From positions 39,990,001-40,054,000 of the forward strand of contig OX597832.1 in the NCBI GenBank assembly GCA_951406725.2: a stretch of DNA of 64,000 nucleotides. Reading direction: 5' to 3'. Position 1 is the first letter of the stretch. Each line of letters starts with the position of its first letter. The DNA comes from Octopus vulgaris. Lineage: Eukaryota. Below are positions 22,772-32,875 of the stretch, piece by piece. The notes under the pieces were generated by a model. The model had not been told where the DNA came from. It saw only the letters and a program-made list of their open reading frames with translations, and did no database searches. The translations under genes and the position numbers were made by a program.

Positions 22772-25701
22772 TTATACATGTAAAAAGTGCTGGTGTCATG
22801 TCAACAGCACCCAGTACACTCTGTAAAGTGGTTGGCACTAGGAAGGACACACGCACACATACATACATACAAGAGCAATTATATTACTAGAAGAGTCCAA
22901 GCTCTGCAACCCGCAGACCCAAGCTCTTGTCAACTTCTTCCCACCACACGTGGGAAGAAACAAAATCTCTTTGCCTCTAAGGGCTAGCTCGCTAATTTGC
23001 TAGATATGTATATATAGATACATACATACATACACATGCCTTATATAAACACAAACACATATACACAATTGCCTAAAGATATATGTATATATGTATATAC
23101 ACATGTATATACAAACACACCAATATGCACACACACATGTATACACATACCTATATATATATATATTTATACAAAAACGCCTATATGCACACATACCTAT
23201 ACACACAAACACACCTATATGTGCACAAACATATACATACACAAAGACCTATATATACACAAGACCTATATATATACAAGACCTATATATATATATACAA
23301 GACCTATATATACACAAGACCTATATATATACAAGACCTATATATACACAAGACCTATATATATATATACAAGACCTATATATATACAAGACATATATAT
23401 ACAAGACCTATATATATATATACAAGACCTATATATACACAAGACCTATATATACAAGACCTATATATATATACAAGACCTATATATACACAAGACCTAT
23501 ATATATACAAGACATATATATACACAAGACCTATATATACACAAGACCTATATATACACAAGACCTATATATACACAAGACCTATATATACACAAGACCT
23601 ATATATACACAAGACCTATATATACACAAGACCTATATATACACAAGACCTATATATACACAAGACCTATATATATATATACAAGACATATATATACACA
23701 AGACCTATATATACACAAGACCTATATATATATATACAAGACATATATATACACAAGACCTATATATACACAAGACCTATATATACACAAGACCTATATA
23801 TACACAAGACCTATATATACACAAGACCTATATATACACAAGACATATATATACACAAGACCTATATATACACAAGACCTATATATACACAAGACCTATA
23901 TATACACAAAGACCTATATATACACAAGACCTATATATATATACACAAGACCTATATATACACAAGACCTATATATATACAAGACCTATATATACACAAG
24001 ACCTATATATATATACAAGACCTATATACACAAATATATATTTCATGACAGACTGGGAACGAACAGTATCGCTTGTATGATGCTAGCGCTCAACCATCAC
24101 AGGATGGTTGTAAATAAGCGTCACCATTATGCAAGTGATGCTGGTCGTTCCCAGTCTTCTATGGAGAAAAAAAAACACGTCTGGCCACGGGGGAGAAAAT
24201 TTCCTTGCCAGGAAATATGTGAGGGTTAGCGACAGGAAGGGCATCTTGCTGTAGAAAAACTGCCTCGATAAATTCCATCTGACCCGCGCAAGCATGGAAG
24301 AGTGGATGTTAAGCTGACGGAGCTTCAGACTTGTCATAATGTCAAGGATTTGGAGAGATTCATTTGGAAGTGTTGTGGAAGTTATGTTTTCATAACAATA
24401 TCGACGCCAAATGGGTTTCCTTATGGCATAATTCTTGAATAACCTTTTGACAAGAGAAAATGTGCATGACAATTAAGTGATGTTCATGTATTTCCTAAGA
24501 ACACCAGTGATTTCTCACAGGATTTATCGATACTGACAGTATCGATAAATTCGGTATCAGTAATATAATATATCTTCAGACGAAACAAGGACAATAACTA
24601 TTCTATTTCTTTACTCCATGAGAAAACCCACCACCTCTCTTTCTTTTCAATATAACGAGGTTTCGATGTTAGGCCATGCCATTTAATTCTTTTTCTCACT
24701 CCATAAATCTTTTATTTCAGTATTGAAGTGAATGGAGAAAGTCCACCAGACTCTGTACTCTACCAGAAAATTGTGTGTATACATTATAATCATCTCGCAG
24801 AAGACTTAATATGTAATTGGAACCGTCAAAATACGGACTGTTGTGCACTATAATAAGCACGGAGCGGAAACGAAGAAGATTAGATAGAAGTTTGTTTATT
24901 CATCACGAAGCAAATAATTACAGAATTTAATACGTAATAAATACGTCAAGAACATCCTTCAAAAATTGCGAAATGATTATATACACACACACACATACTT
25001 ATATATATATATATATATAAAATGAATGACAAAGATGGGTTCTGAGAAAAGCACACCATATAAATAGAACCGTGCAAAAGCCATGGGTCCTGCCCTTCCC
25101 ACTAGACTCACCAGGTGCGTGCACACACACATACATATATATATGTGTGTGTGTGTGTGTGTGTAAACTGATCAGTACATTTTCATTTGTCTTGCCTATT
25201 TTTAATGCTTTGGTTTTGTGCTGAATTTTTATTTGAGAACATATTCTTTGTGGAAAATAGCGATCTGACGTCTATATCTAGCATGTTGACCGTCCACTTT
25301 TAGTGGTCAGTCCTTTAAATTCTGTATATATATATATATTATTTAAAAGCAGCAACTCAGAGTAACATCTTTTGTTGAATTTTCTGCTGCTTTTAAATAA
25401 AGCATATTACTCTACTTCTGGTATTTGAGTACTCTTTTTTTTCCACCTTGTTTCACATTTATGTGTTTACTCCGGTATATATATATAAATATATATATAC
25501 ACACACATATATATATACATATATATATATACATACATATATACACACACAAACACGTCACTCAGGTAAATAAACATTAATAAAAAATCTGATTTCATAA
25601 CCCAAAATAAATGAATTACCTTCGGAACAAGAAGTGACCAAACGACACAACTTCTGCAGAGCCAAAGTGATGCGGCCTCCTCCGTCAGAATGCGAAGACA
25701 T
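963..25701 (-). CDS. TUBGCP3: Gamma-tubulin complex component 3, 5' portion (12 exons, about 378 aa; 3' end lies beyond the left edge of the window)
   Basis: Spliced exons 25701-25620, 21084-21039, 16493-16432, 13220-13153, 12469-12392, 9525-9338, 8540-8464, 6416-6324, 5878-5760, 3793-3668, 2858-2790 and 1089-963. All have canonical AG/GT sites and matching phases. The peptide follows GCP3 as recalled from the human protein, e.g. [65 protein letters not shown]. Confidence 0.96.
1400..1533 (-). mobile_element. 3' end of a restriction-endonuclease-type non-LTR retrotransposon (NeSL/R4-like)
   Basis: VVIGALGSIPLKLKKHLDTLEI...LQKSALLGTA, a typical C-terminus of RLE-clade elements. Confidence 0.65.
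1868..2108. mobile_element. hAT-type MITE
   Basis: Termini CAGGGCTTCTCAAC ... GTTGAGAACCAATG, flanked by similar 8-mers tgctagac/atttagac; a partial inverted copy starts near 14019. Confidence 0.6.
2172..2506 (+). mobile_element. RTE LINE 3' end with (GAT)n tail. Other fragments near 4770-4945, 5246-5400(-), 8850-9270, 17040-17195, 20870-21010(-), 29712-30130(-), 30290-30900, 33233-33640(-), 39550-39810, 42465-42620 and 54500-54800
   Basis: Shared GGAAGGGCATCCAGCTGTAGAAA...CCAACCCATGCTAGCATGGAAAGCGGACGTTAAA(TGA)n, matching the 3' UTR of the RTE ORF copy at 53210-54490. Confidence 0.85.
2545..2765. mobile_element. piggyBac-type MITE (copies at 6575-7138 and about 12707-12915)
   Basis: TTAA|CCCTTCAGCAT ... 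ATGGTGAAGGG|TTAA: TTAA target duplication and CCC/GGG termini. Confidence 0.75.
2790..2858 (-). CDS. TUBGCP3: TUBGCP3 exon 11 ([23 protein letters not shown])
   Basis: ttgttgtag| acceptor, CAG|gtaact donor; close to human [17 protein letters not shown]. Confidence 0.96.
3668..3793 (-). CDS. TUBGCP3: TUBGCP3 exon 10 ([42 protein letters not shown])
   Basis: 126 nt, phase 0/0; GWLHNKI and GLVxQ motifs. Confidence 0.96.
4240..4663. mobile_element. pogo/Tigger-like non-autonomous element, one end
   Basis: Repeated TGCATATTATACAC sub-terminal motifs; terminus ACTATACTCGAGGATTTACGG|TA. Confidence 0.45.
5760..5878 (-). CDS. TUBGCP3: TUBGCP3 exon 9 ([40 protein letters not shown]), start of the GRIP1 domain
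   Basis: ctttttcag| acceptor, |gtaagt donor; hallmark D-L-x-Y-V-F-Q-G-I-x-G-K. Confidence 0.96.
6324..6416 (-). CDS. TUBGCP3: TUBGCP3 exon 8 (ASDSPRYVCSRSKSAANITPDARIPVNKTDD)
   Basis: tttgttacag| acceptor, |gtaagg donor, 93 nt, phase 1/1. Confidence 0.8.
6680..7027 (-). mobile_element. Non-autonomous Helitron inserted in a piggyBac-type MITE
   Basis: Minus strand begins TCTCTATATATATAAACGGC and ends with hairpin CTAGCACTA-TGACC-TAGTGCTAG; inserted between A and T with no target-site duplication. Confidence 0.75.
7790..7995 (-). mobile_element. Old RTE-clade LINE ORF C-terminal fragment
   Basis: GWRKRCGGQRKTWLMTVKADLE...WSAFVRD, an RTE/BovB-like C-terminus. Confidence 0.6.
8464..8540 (-). 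CDS. TUBGCP3: TUBGCP3 exon 7 (RLVNGHDPSVVKSKSFPTALQNQQKP)
   Basis: 77 nt; phases 2/1 bridge exons 6 and 8 exactly; strong donor CAG|GTAAGT, weaker acceptor (aaag|). Confidence 0.75.
9338..9525 (-). CDS. TUBGCP3: TUBGCP3 exon 6 (STGQLFGQSLTSFYTSTP...SSGFSSLPSPDTQFPP)
   Basis: ttctccacag| acceptor, |gtaagc donor, 188 nt open; LFGQ..STP and SSGFSS motifs. Confidence 0.88.
10915..12275 (+). mobile_element. Helitron RepHel pseudogene fragment with 3' terminus
   Basis: Disrupted translation RRYIGTNEAFWHIFNFPI...HLSVHLENGHRV...TTLTALFKVCQVDKDARKLLYPQLPKYYTW...ECYYLRLLLHEVRG; ends in an imperfect hairpin CCTAGGCAACACCGGG followed by CTAG|T at 12272-12276. Confidence 0.85.
11109..11325. mobile_element. 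hAT (Buster/Charlie-like) MITE
   Basis: TIRs CAGTGCTTTTCAA / TTGAAAACCACTG; 8-bp TSD ATCGAGAG / ATCTAGAG. Confidence 0.85.
12392..12469 (-). CDS. TUBGCP3: TUBGCP3 exon 5 (NTVKQKGSVLVFLYRLKESNLLNNQP)
   Basis: ttttgtttcag| acceptor, |gtaatt donor, 78 nt, phase 0/0; resembles VLKNKWSILYLLLSL. Confidence 0.88.
13153..13220 (-). CDS. TUBGCP3: TUBGCP3 exon 4 (LARNGKEKEAASFASSYRVFQNN)
   Basis: ttgcag| acceptor, |gtaagt donor, 68 nt, phase 1/0. Confidence 0.88.
13322..13540 (+). mobile_element. tRNA-derived SINE, family 2 (related copies near 1120-1280, 5968-6035, 27380-27570 and 46450-46630(-))
   Basis: A/B-box-like head (TGGCAGAATC...GAGTTCAAAT) and central CTTTCATCCTTTCGGGGTCGATAAATTAAGTACCAG-like domain; the 46450 copy is flanked by an approximately 18-bp TSD GACAATATAA(C/G)CTTCATA. 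Confidence 0.7.
13570..14000 (-). mobile_element. Highly decayed CR1/L2-like reverse transcriptase remnant
   Basis: Minus-strand FADDI motif near 13910-13925 in a stop-ridden context. Confidence 0.35.
15405..15490 (-). ncRNA. Type I hammerhead ribozyme motif with extended stem II (probably Penelope-like derived)
   Basis: UGCAG-CUGAGGA-[stem II]-GAAAC-GGUC-GUA-CUGCA: intact core and 5-bp stem I; first stem II pair is U-U. Confidence 0.6.
16432..16493 (-). CDS. TUBGCP3: TUBGCP3 exon 3 (MHFDTPTNCNEFDIVEKIKRH)
   Basis: ctttcag| acceptor, |gtaagt donor, 62 nt; resembles DEFLVAEKIKK. Confidence 0.9.
18302..18716. repeat. 415-bp near-perfect palindrome with nested inverted repeats (probable Penelope-like terminal fragments)
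   Basis: Arms are reverse complements around centre 18509/18510 with no spacer (one 1-bp indel seen); related sequence at 25350-25470. Confidence 0.9.
18985..19345 (+). mobile_element. hAT (Buster/Charlie/ZBED5-like) transposase C-terminal dimerisation-domain remnant
   Basis: IRNPF...FWIKYLPVYPLIS...FGSMYLCEA / FSTLVALKTKYRNRLNVERDL...QPRI...KQWQVSH, with one frameshift. Confidence 0.85.
21039..21084 (-). CDS. TUBGCP3: TUBGCP3 exon 2 (DEILPYYQHAIKIIS)
   Basis: ttttcag| acceptor, |gtaagt donor, 46 nt, phases 1/2 fit neighbours; resembles QQFQYAVRVIG. Confidence 0.85.
21453..22262 (-). mobile_element. Mariner transposase remnant
   Basis: HLKQIGMVKKLDKWVPHKL...IVTCDEKWI...PYSPDLAPTD motifs, frameshifted; terminus TA|TCAGGTT near 21453. 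Confidence 0.88.
22270..22672 (-). mobile_element. Retroelement gag/ORF1 fragment with a CCHC zinc knuckle
   Basis: CHLCLEPGHIKKNC (CX2CX4HX4C) in a frameshifted ORF abutting the mariner remnant. Confidence 0.6.
23242..24030. repeat. Minisatellite, unit CAAGACC(TA)nCA of about 17 bp
   Basis: Dozens of tandem units visible; source of the spurious 321-397 aa ORFs. Confidence 0.95.
25620..25701 (-). CDS. TUBGCP3: TUBGCP3 exon 1 (MSSHSDGGGRITLALQKLCRLVTSCSE)
   Basis: ATG at 25701-25699; donor GAAG|GTAATT; LQKLC resembles the GCP3 N-terminal LQNLC helix; phase 1. Confidence 0.85.
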
Positions 25702-26230
25702 GTCTCTGTGGAATGGTGAATTACGAAGACGAGAGAGAAAGAAAGACGACCAAGACGACGCCTCAAACTAAGAAAAGTTTTTCGATTCTTGAAGGAGAAA
25801 AAATCATTCTTTTGGTTTACCGCTTCTTTGTTTGTACTTGCGCAGCAACCACTTCCGTTCTCTTGCACACCAACTTCCGTTGCTTTCGCATTTCTTCTTC
25901 AGATTCTGTAGAATGGTAAAAGATTGGCACCAGTCAAAACGTCTCTCAGATCACGATTTACTGTCTTTTAAATGGAGACTATGTGTTAAAGAATTCTAGT
26001 TTTGGATCTTGTCGGTTTCACCGGCAGATTTTTTAAAAATAAATTCTTTGTAACTAAACACTTTTAAACTTCGTATACTGGGAGAATGTGTCAAAATAAA
26101 ACATTTTTTTTCTCTTGGCTTTCTTGAGAAAATTCTGTAGTTTGTAAGATATTTGTTGTTTATTTTCTTGCATTTCGGCAATTTCAACCAATCAATGACG
26201 TCTATTGAGGTGAAAACAATTTCTCCGAAG
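25702..26230 (-). promoter_or_regulatory. Probable TUBGCP3 5' UTR/promoter region
   Basis: Repeat-free and CpG-containing; two ACTTCCG (ETS-like) motifs at about 25851 and 25873; CCAAT boxes at about 25922 and 26188; TGACGT at about 26196. Confidence 0.45.
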
Positions 26231-27575
26231 TAGTATTCTTAAAAAGATGGAATGGTCCCGGATGGAACACTTTTGAGTATATTTTTGCAGGGTTTTATTT
26301 GACCTGTGGTTAAACAACAACAACACTTAACTTACGTTATCTAAAGCCCACTTCCTTTGAGGCTAATCCATTTCCGCTGTCTGCTTAAATTAGGGAGAAG
26401 CCTTTTTTTTCATTTTTTTTTTTTTGAGGAGCAGGAATAATTTTTGAACATTTTAAAATTTCATTCCAATTTTTAAAGACATCCTAATTAACACAGATAG
26501 CTTAATAAATTGTTTCCAGACTATTTTGATAGATTTTTTAGCACTTTTGCCTGAAGAACATTTTTTCAGAAAGAAAAAACGTGAGCGAAGTTGGGAGCGA
26601 CAGATGGATGAATGAATGGATGGATGGGTGGATAAGCATATTGCTGGATAGACAGAGTAGATAAATATAGCTATTTCTCCGTGGCTTTTATGTTCTATGT
26701 CAAATAGAGTATTTGGAGTAAGGTATGAGAATCAATTCAGTCATTCTTCATCTCTCAGACTCATCATGATCATTTAACGTCCGTTTTCCCTGCTGGCATG
26801 GGTGGGATGGTTTGACAGAAACTGGCGATGCAAGGGACTACATCAAACTCTGTGGTCTGCTTTGGCCTGGTTTCTAAGGTTGAATGTCCTTCCTAATGCC
26901 ACAGTGTGAACAGGGTGCTTTTTACATGGCACCTGCACAGGTGAGTTTACCGAGTAACTTACAAGACGAGGAATTTCAACCAAGATGGGAGTAGTTTTGA
27001 GTGAGGTGGGTTTGTGTCAGGTGAAGACGGATTAAATTATGATAGAGACACAAAAACAGGTGTCTTGTAAAGGAGATAAATGGCCACTCCAGTTTGAAAA
27101 GAGATAGAGAAGATGGTGGAGACCATGGCTCATGAGGAATTACTGCTGAGATTCTTATAATTTCTGGAGGAGTGGGATGAAGCCTAGCAACCTATATCAG
27201 GAACAGGTGTGGATGTGTGGTAAGAAGCTTGCTTCCCAACCACATGGTTCCGGGGTCAGTCCCACTGTGTTGCACCTTGGACAAGTGTCTTCTACTATAG
27301 TTTTGAACCAACCAAAGCCATGTGAGTGGATTTGGCAAGCGGAAACTGAAAGAAGCCCATATTTGAAGCGGAATTTGAACTCAGAACGTTTTGTCTGCCG
27401 TTACGTTCTGAGTTCAAATTCCGCCGAGGTCGACTTTGCCTTTCATCCTTTCGGGGTCGATAAATTAAGTACCAGTTACGCACTGGGGTCGATGTAATCG
27501 ACTTAATTCGTTTGTCTGTCCTTGTTTGTCCCTTCTATGTTTAGCCCCTTGTGGGTAATAAAGAAACATATATAT

Positions 27576-27620
<45 letters not shown>

Positions 27621-27723
27621 CGTATATATATATACATACATGTATATATACATACATATATATATATACATACACATATATATACATACATATATATATA
27701 TACATACATATATATATATATAT

Positions 27724-27764
<41 letters not shown>

Positions 27765-27769
27765 TAGGC

Positions 27770-28500
27770 TGGAAGGGACTTTGCACCAGCCACAGACTTG
27801 GTCTGTGGCACTCAGTAAGCTGTCCCATAGGAATTTCCAGCTACCTTCTATGTCCGATGTCTGTAGCTCCTCCTCCCTCTCCTCATCCTCATCAAAAAAT
27901 TTGTTTCTACAGCTGGATGCCCTTCCTAATGCCAACCACTCCGTGAGTGTAGTGGGTGATTTTTACATGCCACCGGCACAAGTGCCCAGGCGAACCCAGC
28001 AATGGCCATGATCGGTTGGTGCTTTTTACATGCCACCGGCACGGAGGCCAGTCGAGGCGGCACTGGCAACGGCCACATTCGAATGGTTCTTTTACGTGCC
28101 ACCGGCACTGGTATCACAACTACAATTTCCATTGATTTTTTGATCGATTTCAATTTCACTTGCCTCAACAGGTCTTCGCCAGCAGAGTTTTGTGTCCCAC
28201 GAAGGAAAGGTATGCATAAGTGGACTGGCTACATCCCAGGTAAAGGCCATGGGTTATGGTCTCATTTGTCCTGCCGGGTCTTCTCACGCACAGCATATTT
28301 CCAATGGTCTCGGTCACTAGTCATTGCCGCGGTGAGACCTAATGTTCGAAGGTTGTGCTTCACCACCTCGTCCCAGGTTTTCCTGGGTCTTCCTCTTCTA
28401 CAGGTTCCTTCAACCGCAAGAGTGTGGCACTTTTTCACGCAACTATCTTCATCCATTCTCGCCACATGACCATACCAGCACAATTGTCTCTCTTACCCAC
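27770..28500 (-). mobile_element. Rearranged RTE LINE fragment (ORF end plus 3' UTR, joined to an upstream ORF piece)
   Basis: WYGHVARMDEDSCVKKC...GRPRKTWDEVVK; the adjacent [18 protein letters not shown] segment resembles the endonuclease-RT linker. Confidence 0.8.
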
Positions 28501-30456
28501 CACAACTGGGGTGCATTAAAAAATTGCTATATGGAAAAAAATACAAATACAAAAATTTGTAAATAATTTTTTCCAAAATTAGAATCTGTCAATTTACCCT
28601 GTAGAGGTTGTTCTTTGCAGTAGTTAATGGATTCTGATTTTGTTACATTCCCAAGTTTAAAATACCTCATAAAATACTTCAGTATTAAAATTCTGTTGTC
28701 TTGTACCGGAAAAAGACTCAGTTCCTCCTTCTCCTTGGTGCCCTAAGCATATGCTTGACTTGCTTATTAGTTAATCCTGGAATGCTTATCAGTAACGAGA
28801 TCTTGTCATACAACACAGTTTATTATGGACCAGATCTTATCATAAAGTAGATTTTATCCTAAACAAAATATTTTCATGAAGCAAATCTTGTCAAAAACTA
28901 GATTTTTATAATGAGTTTTGTTATGACGCAAACTTCATTCTAAAGTATATAGATATTATCAACATCATATGTTGTTGTCAAAGAGCTGATACAGTCATAA
29001 GTAAGAAGAGTTGTCTTGAAGCAGGTGCTGTTATAAAACAGATCTCATAAGCTAAACAAATTAGCAACAAAGAAAAAATATCTAACGAGAAAGTCAAGAA
29101 TTATGTTTGCAGATTCGGATTGACAGAAGCACTTTGTCAAAAGGTTGAATGGTTTGTATTAATAGATTTTTTAAAAGGTTAGCTTGGTACTTGAATTTGG
29201 ATGGACAGTGGATGTGTGGGTGGGAATCGGAGACAAAATGGAGTCACTTTTTCTCCTATAGCTTATAGAAGCAAAAGACGTATATATATATATATATATA
29301 TAGACTGGATTGCATGGATTTAAGAATATAGCATTTGACAGAAAATGTAAGTTAGGTCAAATTGTAATACAGGTGAAGTAAAAGAAATGATATAAAAGTG
29401 TAACAGTATAAAGATGTAATACAGGTGAGATAAAATAAGTGAAATAAGAGTGTGACAATATAAGGATATCGTAACAGAGGTGAGATAAAATAAATTATAC
29501 ACAGTAAGACAATGTAAGGATACAGTAATGGAAGAAGATAATATAAATGATACAAAGGGCAACAGAATAAAGAGGTTGTATTGTATTACAGGTGGGATAA
29601 AAGACACAATTAAGCATATGAGAAAGTCTATGAGGAGATCGTAATACAGGTGAGATAAAACACACAAATCGGTCAAAGCGAAAAGATTCAGCATTTGCAC
29701 CAGTGCCACATTCATCATCATCATCATCATCATCGTTTAACGTCCGTTTTTCCGTGCTGGCATGGGTTGGACGGTTCGACCGGGGATCTGGGAAGCCAGA
29801 AGGCTGCACCAGGCCCCGGTCTTATCTGGCAATGTTTCTACAGCTGGATGCCCTTCCTAACGCCAACCACTCCATGAGTGTAGTGGGTGCTTTTTACGTG
29901 CCACCTGCACTGGAGCCAGGCGAGGCTGGCATCGGCCACGGTCGGATTGGTGCATTTTACGTGCCACCTGCACGGAAGCCAGTCGAGGTGGCACTGGCTT
30001 TGGCCACGATTTGGATGGTGCTTTTTACGTGCCACCGACACGGAAGCCAGTCGAGGCGGCGCTGGCATCGGCCACGATTCGGATAGTGCTTTTTACGTAT
30101 CTCCAGTCCAGGGGTCCTGGCATCTGCCAGGTGCCAGTCATAGGATTGGTTCAATTTCGATTCCGAAAAGTATAAAAAGCACTTGCAGTTCAAATCTATT
30201 TAAATTCTCATTATGTCCCTGATGGGAATCAAATGGATCTGCCAGTATAGAAAGCACTTGCACAGGTGTCACATTAAAAAAAATGGTGTTGGTGCCACAC
30301 AAAAAAGCACCCAGTGCCACTCTGTAAAGTGATTGGCATTAGGAAGGACATCCAGCTGTAGAAATCATGCCAAAACAGACAACGGAGCCTGGTACAGCTC
30401 TCTGGCCTTGCCAGCACCAGTCAAACCATCCAACCCATGGAAAACAGACATTAAAT

Positions 30457-30795
30457 AATGATGATGATGATGATGATGATGAAGATGACAACGACGATGA
30501 CAACGATGATGATGATGACGACGACGACGATGATGATGATGATGACGACAATGATGATGACGACGATGATGATGACGACGATGATGATGATGATGACGAC
30601 GATGATTACGATGATGATGACGACGATGACAACGATGATGATGATGATGACGACGACGATGATGATGATGATGACGACAATGATGATGACGACGATGATG
30701 ATGATGACGATGATGATGATGATGACGACGATGATGATGATGACAACAATAATGATGATGACGACAATGATGATGACGACAATGATGATGATGGC

Positions 30796-30827
<32 letters not shown>

Positions 30828-30900
30828 CGATGATGATGATGACGACAATGATGATGACGACGATGATGATGATGACGACGACGACGACGATGATGATGAG
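30457..30900. repeat. Expanded (GAT/GAC)n trinucleotide tail of an RTE 3' end
   Basis: Directly follows CCAACCCATGGAAAACAGACATTAAA. Confidence 0.95.
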
Positions 30901-31395
30901 GAGGATATCTGCCTGTTTGTCTGCATGTATGTTTGTATGTTTGTATGTATGTTTGTGTCGTTGCGTTTGTTTATGTCCCTGCAGCTCAGCAGTTTAGCAA
31001 AAGAGTCTAATGAAATAAGTACCAGGACTTTAAAAAAACCATATGCACAGGAGTCACTTTGACTAAACCCTTCAAGGCAGTGCCCCAGCATGACCACACT
31101 CCAATGACTGACACAAGCAAGAAATGAGATGTGATAAATATAGATAAAAAGAAGGATGTATCTATATTTATCCTATCTTAATGTGATATCCATAGAAATA
31201 CTGACACTTTTTTAAAAGCACTGACTTTCCACTGGAATTCTGTGATGATTAAAATTATTACTCATGCTCGTTTACGTAATGAGATCACACTTCAACTGAA
31301 AATATTTAACTTTGTAAATCTTACTTTTTTTTTCCTCCCAACATCATACACATTTCACTTTATGTCCGTCACTATCTTTCTTTCTCTCTGCACAC

Positions 31396-32362
31396 ATGTA
31401 TGTATGTATGTATGTATGTATGTATGTATGTATGTGTGTATGTATGCATGTATGTATGTATGTATGTATGTATGTGTGTATGTATGTATGTATGTATGTA
31501 TGTATGTATGTATGTATGTATGTATGTATGTATGTGTGTATGTATGTATGTATGTGTGTATGTATGTATGTATGTATGTATGTATGTATGTATGTATGTA
31601 TGTGTGTATGTATGTATGTATGTATGTGTGTATGTATGTATGTATGTATGTATGTATGTATGTATGTATGTATGTATGTATGTATGTATGTATGTGTGTA
31701 TGTATGTGTGTATGTATGTATGTATGTATGTGTGTATGTATGTATGTATGTATGTATGTATGTATGTATGTGTGTATGTATGTATGTATGTGTATGTATG
31801 TATGTATGTATGTATGTATGTATGTATGTGTGTATGTATGTATGTATGTATGTATGTGTGTATGTGTGTATGTATGTATGTATGTATGTATGTATGTATG
31901 TATGTGTATGTATGTATGTATGTATGTATGTATGTATGTATGTATGTATGTATGTATGTATGTATGTATGTGTGTGTGTATGTATGTATGTATGTATGTA
32001 TGTATGTATGTATGTATGTATGTATGTGTATGTATGTATGTATGTATGTATGTATGTATGTATGTATGTATGTATGTATGTATGTATGTGTGTATGTATG
32101 TATGTATGTATGTATGTATGTGTGTATGTGTGTATGTATGTATGTATGTATGTGTGTATGTGTGTATGTATGTATGTATGTATGTAGGTATGTATGTATG
32201 TGTGCATGTATGTATGCGTGTATGTATGTATGTATGTGTGTATGTATGTATGTATGTATGTATGTATGTGTGTATGTATGTATGTATGTATGTATGTATG
32301 TATGTATGTATGTATGTATGTATGTGTGTATGTATGTATGTATGTATGTATGTATGTATGTG
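31396..32362. repeat. (TATG)n microsatellite of about 970 bp (others at 34516-34765 and 35188-36050)
   Basis: Direct inspection. Confidence 0.97.
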
Positions 32363-32656
32363 TGACTATCTGTCTATCTGTGAAAATAGTGCCTGTACAC
32401 TTGTACAAACATTTCAAATCTATTTAAATCCTCGTTATGTCCCTGATATGAATCAAATGGATCTGAAATGTTTGTACAAGTGTCCAACACTAATTGTTTA
32501 AATAGAATATCTCAAAGCACATTACAGCATATTGAGTCCTATTAATATGACCAATTTTCATAATCTTTGGATTAGGGGCAAGCGTCCTCTACCATAACCT
32601 TGGACCAACCAAAACCTTGTGACTGCATTTGATAGATGGAAAATGAAAGAAGCCTG

Positions 32657-32715
<59 letters not shown>

Positions 32716-32820
32716 AAAGTAAGGTAGGGGTTATGGGTGTAACCCGAATAAATAATGTAACATTATAATATCCGTAAGTTGATGAACAAACTAAATTTGT
32801 TTTTTTTTTATTTTATATAT

Positions 32821-32875
<55 letters not shown>

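Noticed and set aside
23036-24229. 321-397 aa ORFs and a CRISPR-like periodic look
   Set aside because: Simple minisatellite; spacers are only (TA)n, there are no cas genes, and it lies in a eukaryotic intron.
29364-29660. CRISPR array (20-bp repeat with about 35-bp spacers)
   Set aside because: Spacers resemble each other, repeats are degenerate and non-palindromic, and there are no cas genes.
30367-31062. Poly-Asp acidic (biomineralisation-like) protein ORF
   Set aside because: It starts within an RTE 3' UTR, the Asp run is the LINE tail, and there is no signal peptide or splice support.
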